The notes under the pieces were generated by a model. The model saw only the letters and a program-made list of their open reading frames with translations. It was not told where the DNA came from and made no database searches. Position numbers and translations under genes: made by a program. This document shows, piece by piece, positions 21,539 to 29,733 of a stretch of DNA of 64,000 bases. Origin of the DNA: an uncultured Anaerolineales bacterium. GTDB taxonomy: Bacteria; Chloroflexota; Anaerolineae; CG2-30-64-16. Where the stretch lies: assembly GCA_964423545.1 (NCBI GenBank), contig CAYRFV010000001.1:4090-68089 (forward strand), read 5' to 3'. Position 1 is the first letter of the stretch; the number at the start of each line of letters is the position of its first letter.

Positions 21539-22426
21539 CTAGTATCGGAAGATCTTTGGCTCGCCTGGTGGCGGCGGGGTGGGCTTGATGCCCAACAACC
21601 TGGCCGCGTTGTTGCCGAGATAGCCCTCGAGATCCTCTTCGCTCAGGTTGCACCCCTGCGGGAAGTCCTGGCAAAGCACTGCCTGCTCGTGAATCCACAT
21701 GCCGGGTTCATTCGGCGGTGAATCGGAGCCCAACAGCATGCGATCCTTCGGCATCATCTGCACGAACTCGACAATACGGGATTGCAGGAGCCACCCCGAT
21801 TCCACGTAGACGTTCGGGCTGTCGATCACCATCCACAGGGCTTCGAAGCAGTAGACGCCGCCGGTCTGGATGCCGAAGTGAGCGATGATGAAGTTGACAT
21901 CCCGGAACTCCTTGATGATCGGGTAGAATTGAGTGGGGATGCTATAGGGGCCATCGCCGGTGTGCATCATGACGGGGATGCCCAAGTCGGCGCACTTCTT
22001 CACAGCCGGTCGGATCCAGTCGAGAGCGCGATCAGGGCGGTAGGCGTGCATATTCGAGTGCAGCTTCATCATCTTGAAGCCGTACTCCTTCACGTGAAAC
22101 TCCAGCTCGGCCACGCCGTTCTCCACGCCAAAACGCGGATTGTAGGTGAAGTTGCCGATGAAACGATCCGGGTACAGCTGCGCCAGCTTCGCGCAATAGG
22201 CCATGTAGTCTCGAATGCCTTCGCGTCCGCCGCGCATGCCGTCAGACCACACGGTATTGCCGGGCGGCGGCTGAATGATGCCGATGTCGACGCGGCGCGG
22301 CTTGCCATTGACCATGTACGGGCCGTCCATCATCTTGAGCATGCGCTCGCCGGTGAACGGTCTACCGCCGTGCCGCCAGGCGGCGTCAACGTGATCCGTC
22401 GGATGCATGTGAACATCGATGATCAT
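21539..22426 (-). CDS. amidohydrolase_2-family metal-dependent hydrolase/decarboxylase
   Basis: ATG 22426 is preceded by AAGGAG. N-terminal MIIDVHMHP (HxH metal motif). ~295 aa, the size and motifs of the ACMSD/LigW/PicC-type family. Confidence 0.7.
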   Translation of the reverse strand: MIIDVHMHPTDHVDAAWRHGGRPFTGERMLKMMDGPYMVNGKPRRVDIGIIQPPPGNTVWSDGMRGGREGIRDYMAYCAKLAQLYPDRFIGNFTYNPRFGVENGVAELEFHVKEYGFKMMKLHSNMHAYRPDRALDWIRPAVKKCADLGIPVMMHTGDGPYSIPTQFYPIIKEFRDVNFIIAHFGIQTGGVYCFEALWMVIDSPNVYVESGWLLQSRIVEFVQMMPKDRMLLGSDSPPNEPGMWIHEQAVLCQDFPQGCNLSEEDLEGYLGNNAARLLGIKPTPPPPGEPKIFRY

Positions 22427-22475
22427 GGATTCGTCTCCTTGGTGCGATTGGGCCCGCTCAGGCTGATCGAGCCGC

Positions 22476-23843
22476 TCAGCCTGAGCGGGCAAGGTGCGAC
22501 TGAAGGATAGCGTGCGCCCTGGTCACCGCTTCCTTCGGCAAACTCGTGCGCACGGCGTCCCAGCCGGCGGGCCGGGTGGCGTCGATGGCGAGCTTGGACG
22601 ACAGCCCATCGTGTGACGATGGGTCCAGCACATTGCAGGTCACGTTGTCGATGATCACGGCGTCCTCGGCGGGCTGCATCCGGGTCGCCAACGCCCACAT
22701 CACTTCCGACTCATCCCGCACATCTACATCGTCGTCCACGACGACCACAAGCTTAATGTAGGCGTCCAGGCCAAGCGCGAGCAGCGCACAGTGCCGGCCG
22801 TCACCCGGGCGCTGCTTCCGGATCGATATATAGCAGTGGTAGTGGGTGCCACTGATCGGGTAGTGGATGGCCCGCACGTTCGGCAGCACATCGCGCAGCT
22901 TGCGCAAGGTATCTGCTTCCTTGTGGATGCGGCCAAGCAGCAGGTGATCGCGCGAGTGGCCCGGGCACACATCCAGGAAATAGGGGCGAGCCCGCTGCGT
23001 GATGGCGCGCACAGTGAAAACGTTGTTGGTGGAGCGACTGGTGGCGTAGCCCGTATACTCGCCAAACGGCCCTTCCGGCCCGCGCAGACCGGGCTCAATG
23101 ACTCCCTCCACCACGAATTCCGCATCGGCCGGGACACAGACATCAACGGTTCTGCCGCGCACGACTTGCAGCGGATGGCCCAGCAGCGCGCCCACCACGG
23201 TGTGCTCGTCCACGTTCAGCGGCATCCTGCTGGCTGCACCCACCAGGTAGGCCGGATGCATGCCGATCACGACTGCCGCTTCGAGAGGTAGGCCCCTGGC
23301 CTCAGCCCGCCGCTGGTAGTCCCAGAGGTGGCCGCGCGAATGGAGGCTGATGCCGAAGCTCCGAGGGCCCTTGAGCTGCATGCGCGCGAAGCTCAAATTG
23401 CCGCAACCGGTATCAGGATCCCTGGCAACGACGACACCGGACGTGATGTAACGTCCGGCGTCTTGCTCGAAATGGGCCATCAGCGGCAACAAAGTGGCGT
23501 CAGCTTCGTCACCCAGCCGGCACACCTCCTGGCATATGCCGCTGCCGACCTCCGCCGGCGGAACCAGCGCCCCAGAGATGCGCGCCCAGTGGTCGTGCAA
23601 CCCATCCACCGTCGTTCCGATGGCATAGGCGATGCGCGCGCGTGATGCGAAAAGATTGGTCACCACCGGCATATCGATGCCATCGACGGCATCGAACAGA
23701 AGCGCCGGCGGAGCCGGCATACGCTCGGTCGCCATCGCTGCCGCAGCAACGAAGTAGTCGCGCGGCACCGGCTCGCCGATGCACAAGAGGTCATCAGGGT
23801 GATCGGATCGGTAGCGTGTCAGGAATGTCTGCAGGTCATCCAT
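22476..23843 (-). CDS. UbiD-family (prFMN-dependent) decarboxylase
   Basis: 455 aa. Contains EGPFGEYTGY and DAGRYITSGVVV motifs characteristic of UbiD-family enzymes. Confidence 0.85.
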   Translation of the reverse strand: MDDLQTFLTRYRSDHPDDLLCIGEPVPRDYFVAAAAMATERMPAPPALLFDAVDGIDMPVVTNLFASRARIAYAIGTTVDGLHDHWARISGALVPPAEVGSGICQEVCRLGDEADATLLPLMAHFEQDAGRYITSGVVVARDPDTGCGNLSFARMQLKGPRSFGISLHSRGHLWDYQRRAEARGLPLEAAVVIGMHPAYLVGAASRMPLNVDEHTVVGALLGHPLQVVRGRTVDVCVPADAEFVVEGVIEPGLRGPEGPFGEYTGYATSRSTNNVFTVRAITQRARPYFLDVCPGHSRDHLLLGRIHKEADTLRKLRDVLPNVRAIHYPISGTHYHCYISIRKQRPGDGRHCALLALGLDAYIKLVVVVDDDVDVRDESEVMWALATRMQPAEDAVIIDNVTCNVLDPSSHDGLSSKLAIDATRPAGWDAVRTSLPKEAVTRAHAILQSHLARSG

Positions 23844-23845
23844 CG

Positions 23846-24637
23846 CTACTCCGGCGGCTGCACAATGCTGATCGTGGGACGGCGAATCTGCCGCAGGCTC
23901 ACCATATCCCCGCGGTAATGATTAAGGCCGTAGAAGACAGGGGTCAGATGGTCGTTGTAACCCACCTCCTCCACGCGCAGGCAGGGCGCGCCGGCCGCGA
24001 TCCCCAGCGCGGCAGCCAGACGCGCATCGGCCGAGACCGCGCGAATCTCGCTCTGCTGATGGTGGACCCGGCAATTGCAGTAGGGCTCCAGGAAGCGATA
24101 GACCGATTCGACCTGGACGCCCAGCTCGCGTGCCTGGTCGCGATACGCAGGCTGAACTATCTCAAGAGGCAGCACATTGACGCTGTGAATGGTGGTGACG
24201 GATGACGTAAGAATCACTTTGGTGATTGACAGGATCGGCGCATCGGGAGCGAGCTGCAACTGGCTTGCCAGATCTGCGGCCTGTTGCACGGTAGTTTCCA
24301 GGATGCGGCAATCAGCCTCCTTGCCGGAGCAGCGGATGGCGTCGGCGAAGCCGCGCGCCTCCTCGAACCAATCCTGGATCGCGGTCGGCGGCTGGCCCAG
24401 GAACGGGTTGATGAATGTGCCGACCCCCTGCCGACGCACGATCACCCCGGCCAGCTCAAGACGGCTCAGTGCGTCGCGGACGGTTGCGCGGCTGACATCG
24501 AACCGCTGCGCCAGCTCCGCCTCGGAGGGCAACGCGAGGTTGGCGCGCGCCAGCGCGCCGTCATCAATCTGTGCGATGATTTCCTGCGTAACCTGGTCAA
24601 CCAGGGGAACGTTTCTGCGCATCGAGTCCAGTTTCAT
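23846..24637 (-). CDS. GntR-family transcriptional regulator (HutC/UTRA subfamily)
   Basis: N-terminal wHTH LPSEAELAQRFDVSRATVRDALSRLELAGVIVRRQGVGTFI with a ~170-aa UTRA-like C-terminal domain. Its stop lies 2 nt before the UbiD start. Confidence 0.85.
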   Translation of the reverse strand: MKLDSMRRNVPLVDQVTQEIIAQIDDGALARANLALPSEAELAQRFDVSRATVRDALSRLELAGVIVRRQGVGTFINPFLGQPPTAIQDWFEEARGFADAIRCSGKEADCRILETTVQQAADLASQLQLAPDAPILSITKVILTSSVTTIHSVNVLPLEIVQPAYRDQARELGVQVESVYRFLEPYCNCRVHHQQSEIRAVSADARLAAALGIAAGAPCLRVEEVGYNDHLTPVFYGLNHYRGDMVSLRQIRRPTISIVQPPE

Positions 24638-24659
24638 GTCCGATCAGGAGGACAGGTTG

Positions 24660-24678
24660 TCAGACGATAGTCGTCTGA
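24660..24678. promoter_or_regulatory. perfect palindrome TCAGACGA-TAG-TCGTCTGA, candidate GntR operator
   Basis: 8-bp arms with a 3-nt centre. It lies 23-41 nt upstream of the gntR ATG and just downstream of the predicted -10 on the minus strand. Confidence 0.45.
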
Positions 24679-24682
24679 TGAC

Positions 24683-24711
24683 ATGCTATCATGACTCTTT
24701 CGGTTTGTCAA
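24683..24711 (-). promoter_or_regulatory. sigma-70-like promoter of the gntR-ubiD operon
   Basis: The minus strand reads TTGACA (24711-24706), 17-nt spacer, TAGCAT (24688-24683). Confidence 0.5.
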
Positions 24712-24722
24712 TCGCTTCACAA
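24705..24722. promoter_or_regulatory. Rex-operator-like box TTGTCAATCGCTTCACAA
   Basis: Matches TTGTGAA-N4-TTCACAA at 13 of 14 half-site positions and overlaps the -35 of the gntR promoter. TCGCTTCACAAG is repeated directly at 24729-24740. Confidence 0.4.
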
Positions 24723-24759
24723 GGGCCTTCGCTTCACAAGAGCCTACTCTCGCCGCTGC

Positions 24760-24788
24760 TTGACAACTGGGCGAACCATCTGTATTAT
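24760..24788 (+). promoter_or_regulatory. near-consensus sigma-70 promoter for the ATPase gene
   Basis: TTGACA (24760-24765), 17-nt spacer, TATTAT (24783-24788), 36 nt upstream of ATG 24825. Confidence 0.6.
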
Positions 24789-24824
24789 ACGAGAAGATTA
24801 TCATAAAGATCGAGTATAGTGTAG

Positions 24825-26327
24825 ATGAAACCGTTGTTTGTGGGCCGCGAGGCTGAGCTGCAGCTGCTGGACCGCCTCTGGGCGCGGCCCGGCGCCACGC
24901 TCCTGATCCTTTATGGTCGCCGCCGCGTGGGCAAAACCAGGCTGCTGACGTACTGGCTGCGCCAGGACGACGCCGGGAAAACGGGACAGGAGCAAGCGGC
25001 CCGGCGTGTGCTCTACTGGGTCGCCGAACCCTCCTCGGCCCTCGACCAACTGCGTTCTTTCTCCCAAGCGGTCTACAACTTCGCCAATCCCCAGGCGCCG
25101 GCGCCGGAGGATTTCACTTACGCCAACTGGCAACAGGCCTGGCAGCAGGTGGCTGTGCTCGCACAAAACGAGCGGCTGGGACTCCTGCTCGATGAGTTCA
25201 CCTATCTGCTGGAAATCGATCCCAGCATCGCCGGCCAGTTGCAGAATCTGTGGGATCAGACCCTCAGCCGAGCGAATCTCTTCCTGGTCATCTGCGGCTC
25301 GCACCTGGGGATGATGTTGCGCCACACGTTGTCCTACGAGGGGCCGCTCTATGGACGGGCGACCGCCCAACTACGGTTGCAGCCCCTGCCTTTCGGTATG
25401 ACCGCGCGCTATTTTCCAGGTTTCGATGCCGACGAACGGGTGGCGATCTACGCCATCTGGGGTGGCATCCCGGCCTACTGGGAGCGCCTCGACCCGGCCG
25501 CGACCCTCTCCGACAACATCCGCCACGAACTGCTGACCGCCAACAACCTGATGCAAGCCGAGCCGCGCCTGCTGCTGCAAGATTTCGTCAACGAGCCGCA
25601 CAACTACGTGGGCGTCCTGCGCGCTATCGCCAACGATGCGCGCACGCAAGGCGAGATCGCGGCTTTCAGTGGGCTGGCGCAGGGCCACGTGTCCCAATAT
25701 CTGAGCATCTTGCAGGATGCCGGCTTCGTGGAACGCCGCGTGCCGGTCACGCAGGGAGAACGCTCACGGCTGGGCCGCTATCATATCGTGGACCCCTATC
25801 TGCGCTTCTACTATCGGTTCCTCGCCAGCCGCCAGTCGCAACTGGCCCTGGGCATCCAGGAGCAATCGTTGGCGGAGATCCGGCGTCATCTGCGTGACTT
25901 CATCGGCGCCAACACCTGGGAAGAGCTCTGCCGGGAATGGCTCCTGCGCGCCAGCGCGCAGCAAGCTGTGCCCGTGCTGGTGGATCAGGTGGGCGGCGCC
26001 TGGACGCGCGCCGCGCAGGTGGATGTGGTGGGCGTCAACTCGATGGCGAAGACGCTGGTGGTAGGCGAGTGCAAGTGGGGCCCTGACCCCAGCGGCCGCA
26101 GCGTCCTGACCGAGTTGATCGAGAAAACGGCGGAAGTCGTGCCCGGTCAGGGCCAATGGCAGATCTACTATCTGGGGTTTGCCCGGGCCGGCTGGACCCC
26201 TGCCAGCTACGCGTTCGCCCAGGAAGTCACGAGCGTCCCCCTGAGTGGCAAGAACTGGCGTACGCTCGGCATGCGCCTGCTGGATTTGGCTCAAGTTGAC
26301 CACGACCTGGCAGCGTGGGTGAGCTGA
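24825..26327 (+). CDS. AAA+ ATPase (Arch_ATPase-type) - wHTH - DUF234 (PD-(D/E)xK-like) fusion protein
   Basis: Walker A LYGRRRVGKTRLL, Walker B LGLLLDEFTYL. Central wHTH-like NYVGVLRAIANDARTQGEIAAFSGLAQGHVSQYLSILQDAGFVERR. C-terminal VDVVGVN...LVVGECKWG is a nuclease-like D...ExK motif. Confidence 0.8.
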   Translation: MKPLFVGREAELQLLDRLWARPGATLLILYGRRRVGKTRLLTYWLRQDDAGKTGQEQAARRVLYWVAEPSSALDQLRSFSQAVYNFANPQAPAPEDFTYANWQQAWQQVAVLAQNERLGLLLDEFTYLLEIDPSIAGQLQNLWDQTLSRANLFLVICGSHLGMMLRHTLSYEGPLYGRATAQLRLQPLPFGMTARYFPGFDADERVAIYAIWGGIPAYWERLDPAATLSDNIRHELLTANNLMQAEPRLLLQDFVNEPHNYVGVLRAIANDARTQGEIAAFSGLAQGHVSQYLSILQDAGFVERRVPVTQGERSRLGRYHIVDPYLRFYYRFLASRQSQLALGIQEQSLAEIRRHLRDFIGANTWEELCREWLLRASAQQAVPVLVDQVGGAWTRAAQVDVVGVNSMAKTLVVGECKWGPDPSGRSVLTELIEKTAEVVPGQGQWQIYYLGFARAGWTPASYAFAQEVTSVPLSGKNWRTLGMRLLDLAQVDHDLAAWVS

Positions 26328-26435
26328 CGGACAGCGTGACGGACGACGGATCAGCTACAGGCGGAGCTGGCGCGCTGCGAGCGCTGTCTCTATCAGGAAG
26401 GAACAAGCCGCCGAAGCATGTATGTTGAGGGATGA

Positions 26436-26885
26436 AGCTTTGCCGGCTCCGTCAAGAGGTTCTGGAACCAGCCACAGGTGTCGGTGGCGCTCAGCGGCAT
26501 GAGCACGATGCAGCAGCTGCAGGAGAACCTGGCGAGTGCTGAGCGATCGGGGCGGGCGCCGCTGACGGCCGGCGAGCTGGTGTTGATCGGCCGCGTGCGC
26601 GATGAGTACCGCGCGCTCACACCCATCCCGTGCACCGACTGCAAGTACTGCCAGCCTTGTCCGCACAACGTGGCGATCCCGCGCATCTTCGACCTCTACA
26701 ACATGGCGATGATCTACAACGCGCCCGAACGGGCGCGGCGAGCGTACGAGCACTGGCTGCGCGAGGAGGAACGGGCGGACTGCTGCCTGGAATGCGGCGA
26801 ATGCGAAACCAAATGCCCGCAGGGGATCGAGATCATCGGCTGGCTGGAGAAGGCGGACGCTTACCTGGCAGCCCAGAAGGCTTGA
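26436..26885 (+). pseudogene. C-terminal remnant of an aldo/keto reductase with Fe-S cluster domain
   Basis: Only the last ~150 aa are present (KRFWNQPQVSVALSGMSTMQQLQENL..., CTDCKYCQPCP and [13 protein letters not shown] cysteine clusters). The frame is closed by TGA at 26433, and the N-terminal TIM-barrel is absent. Confidence 0.6.
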
Positions 26886-26901
26886 AACGGAGGTGTTTGT
26901 G

Positions 26902-28545
26902 ATGACCAAAAATGCGTCGATCACGCAGCGGCCGGCCTGGCAGGCGCTGGCGGCCCACCATCTGCAGATCAAGGACGTACATCTCAGGTCGCTCTTCGCA
27001 GATGATCCCTCGCGCGGTGAGCGCTACACCGCTGAAGCGGGAGACCTGTACCTCGACTACTCCAAACACCGCATCACGCACGAGACGGTGCGCCTGCTGC
27101 TCCGGCTTGCCGAGGAGAGCGGATTGCGCGAACGCATCGCTGCCATGTTTCGCGGGGAGAAGATCAATGTCACCGAAAAACGCGCAGCGCTCCACGTGGC
27201 GTTGCGCGCGCCCCGAAGCGAGCGCATCTCCGTGGATGGCAGCGACGTCGTGCCAGAGGTGCATGCCGTCCTCGATAGGATGGCCGACTTCTCCCGGCGT
27301 GTGCGCACGGGAGAGTGGCTGGGACACACCGGCAGACGCATCCGCAATATCGTGAACATCGGCATCGGCGGGTCGGATCTCGGCCCGGTCATGGCCTACG
27401 AGGCGCTGCGCTACTACAGTGACCGCAGCCTGACCTTCCGCTTTGTCTCGAACGTCGATGGCACCGATTTCGCCGAGACCACCCGCGATCTCGATCCTGC
27501 AGAGACGCTCTTCATCGTCTCGTCCAAGACGTTCACCACACAGGAGACGATGACCAATGCGCGCAGTGCGCGCACATGGGTGCTTGCCGCACTGGGCGCC
27601 GATGCAGCGATCGCCAAGCACTTCGTCGCAGTGTCGACGAATGCAGCCGCGGTGTCGAGCTTCGGCATCGACACCGCCAACATGTTCGGCTTCTGGGATT
27701 GGGTCGGCGGTCGTTACTCGATGGACTCGGCGATCGGACTGTCGACGATGTTGGCAATCGGGCCGGAGGCGTTTGCGTCGCTCCTGGCCGGTTTCCGGGC
27801 GATGGATGAGCACTTCCGCACTGCGCCGTTCGCCAGCAACTTGCCGGTGTTGATGGGGCTGTTGACGGTGTGGTACAACGATTTCTTCGACGCGCAGACG
27901 GTCGCCGTGCTGCCTTACGATCAGTATCTGAGACGGTTCCCGGCCTATCTGCAGCAGCTCACCATGGAAAGCAACGGCAAACGCGTGACGCTCGACGGCG
28001 CCGCCATCACGGACTATCAGACCGGCCCGATCTTCTGGGGCGAACCCGGCACCAACGGGCAGCACTCGTTCTACCAGTTGATCCACCAGGGCACCAAGCT
28101 CATCCCATGTGACTTCATCGCGTTCGCCCAGTCCCTGAATCCGCTGGGCAACCATCACGATCTGCTGATATCCAATGTCTTTGCCCAGGCCGAGGCGCTG
28201 GCCTTCGGCAAGACCGAGGCTGAGGTGAAAGCCGAGGGTACGCCCGACTGGCTGGCGCCGCATCGCACCTTTGAGGGCAATCGGCCGAGCAGCATCATTC
28301 TGGCCAGATCGCTCACGCCGGAAGTGCTGGGACAGCTCGTCGCCTTGTACGAACACAGCGTCTTCACACAGAGCGTGATCTGGAACATCGATGCGTTCGA
28401 CCAGTGGGGCGTCGAGCTGGGCAAGGTGCTGGCGGGACGCATCGTCCCTGAGTTGGTGAGCGCCGATGAGCCCGATCTGAAGCACGACAGCTCGACCAAT
28501 GCCTTGATCCGGCGCTATCGCACCCTGGCCGGCAGCCGGAGCTGA
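26902..28545 (+). CDS. pgi: glucose-6-phosphate isomerase
   Basis: ATG 26902 lies 8 nt after GGAGG. ~547 aa, collinear by eye with E. coli-type Pgi (AWQALAAHH...[20 protein letters not shown]). Confidence 0.9.
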   Translation: MTKNASITQRPAWQALAAHHLQIKDVHLRSLFADDPSRGERYTAEAGDLYLDYSKHRITHETVRLLLRLAEESGLRERIAAMFRGEKINVTEKRAALHVALRAPRSERISVDGSDVVPEVHAVLDRMADFSRRVRTGEWLGHTGRRIRNIVNIGIGGSDLGPVMAYEALRYYSDRSLTFRFVSNVDGTDFAETTRDLDPAETLFIVSSKTFTTQETMTNARSARTWVLAALGADAAIAKHFVAVSTNAAAVSSFGIDTANMFGFWDWVGGRYSMDSAIGLSTMLAIGPEAFASLLAGFRAMDEHFRTAPFASNLPVLMGLLTVWYNDFFDAQTVAVLPYDQYLRRFPAYLQQLTMESNGKRVTLDGAAITDYQTGPIFWGEPGTNGQHSFYQLIHQGTKLIPCDFIAFAQSLNPLGNHHDLLISNVFAQAEALAFGKTEAEVKAEGTPDWLAPHRTFEGNRPSSIILARSLTPEVLGQLVALYEHSVFTQSVIWNIDAFDQWGVELGKVLAGRIVPELVSADEPDLKHDSSTNALIRRYRTLAGSRS

Positions 28546-28637
28546 TGCGGCCGGCCGACGCGGCGGAAGTGGCTGCCCGCGGGTGCAGACATGAGGGCCG
28601 GATCGGGTGGATGGGTCGATGCGAGGAGGTATGTGGG

Positions 28638-29606
28638 ATGAACCCCGCGCGCGCGGCAGGTGGCGGTGGAGAGCCGTTGCTGCCCGTGGATGCAGACTTC
28701 TCGGCGCTCGACCCGACGGCGCATCTACTGGCTGCCGGCGAGCTGTGCGCGGTCTTTCTGCCCGGACGGGGGATGCTCGGCGCATCGCTGCGCCACCGCG
28801 GTGAGGAGGTGCTTGGCCGTGTGGAGGACCTTGCGGCCGCCGCGCGGACAGGCGCGACCTGCGGGATTCCGATCCTGCACCCATGGGCGAACCGCCTCGA
28901 CGGTCTGCGTTACGCCGCGGCCGGTCGCGAAGTCGCACTGAATCGCGCGTCTCCGCTGCTCCACTTCGACCGCAACGGGCTGCCAAGCCACGGCGTCTCC
29001 TGGGCCGACCTTGCCTGGGAAGTGCGCGAAGACCGTCCCGATACACTGACCGCCTGGCTGGATTGGCGTCGCGACGACCTGCTCGCGATCTTCCCGTTCC
29101 CGCATCGGCTGGCGCTGACCGCAACGATCCGGCCGACCGACCTCACGATCGCGACGACGCTGACCGCCGACGGCGGCAGCCGCGTGCCCGTGAGCTTCGG
29201 CTTTCACCCGTACTTCCGGCTCCCCGATCTGCCTCGAGCTGAGTGGCGCGTGGAGATGCCGGCGATGCGGCGTGTGATGCTGGATACTCGCAACATCCCG
29301 ACAGGGCACGAGGAGCCGTTCGCCGTATTCGACACGCGCCTCGGCGCGCGCGGGTTCGACGACGGCTTCATCGCGTTCGAGGCGCAGCCGACGTTCGCTT
29401 TGTCGGGCGGCGGCCGCCGCATCACCGTGGAATTCCTTGAAGGCTACCCCTGCGCGCAGGTCTACGCGCCGCGCGATAAGGACTACATCGCCTTCGAGCC
29501 GATGACCGCGCCGACCAACGCGCTGGTCACCGGACATGGCCTGCGCGTGGTCGAGCCGGGCGCGACGTTCCAGGCGACATTCCGGATCGGTGTCGCAGGG
29601 CGATAG
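28638..29606 (+). CDS. aldose 1-epimerase (galactose mutarotase-like) family protein
   Basis: ATG 28638 lies 8 nt after GAGGAGG. FGFHPYFRLPD and FEPMTAPTNAL motifs are typical of the family. Confidence 0.7.
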   Translation: MNPARAAGGGGEPLLPVDADFSALDPTAHLLAAGELCAVFLPGRGMLGASLRHRGEEVLGRVEDLAAAARTGATCGIPILHPWANRLDGLRYAAAGREVALNRASPLLHFDRNGLPSHGVSWADLAWEVREDRPDTLTAWLDWRRDDLLAIFPFPHRLALTATIRPTDLTIATTLTADGGSRVPVSFGFHPYFRLPDLPRAEWRVEMPAMRRVMLDTRNIPTGHEEPFAVFDTRLGARGFDDGFIAFEAQPTFALSGGGRRITVEFLEGYPCAQVYAPRDKDYIAFEPMTAPTNALVTGHGLRVVEPGATFQATFRIGVAGR

Positions 29607-29657
29607 TGCGCTCGGCGGGGTCGTCATGTCGCCGTCCATCTTGCCGTCTGCCCGCGT

Positions 29658-29686
29658 TTGACAGTGAAATAATGCTCGCTCATAAT
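29658..29686 (+). promoter_or_regulatory. sigma-70-like promoter of cydABCD
   Basis: TTGACA (29658-29663), 17-nt spacer, CATAAT (29681-29686), ~48 nt upstream of the cydA ATG. Confidence 0.55.
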
Positions 29687-29733
29687 ACAAGCTGTTGTGC
29701 ACTCCGGTTTGCAGTCCCGAAAGGAGAAGCTTC

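Noticed and set aside
26833-29124. 763-aa minus-strand ORF, and similar long antisense or off-frame ORFs (for example 32802-34010, 48014-49204, 38647-39654, 7181-8773, 54314-55063, 41215-41967)
   Set aside because: They lie opposite or out of frame to genes with clear family motifs. They are R/A/G/P-rich with no recognisable domains. This is typical of shadow ORFs in GC-rich DNA.
29651-29700. Canonical Rex operator upstream of cydA
   Set aside because: Only partial half-site matches are present (CAGTGAA...CTCGCTC; ACAA-GCTG-TTGT), with no 18-bp TTGTGAA-N4-TTCACAA-like site. The TTGTGAA at 31227-31233 upstream of cydB has no partner half-site.
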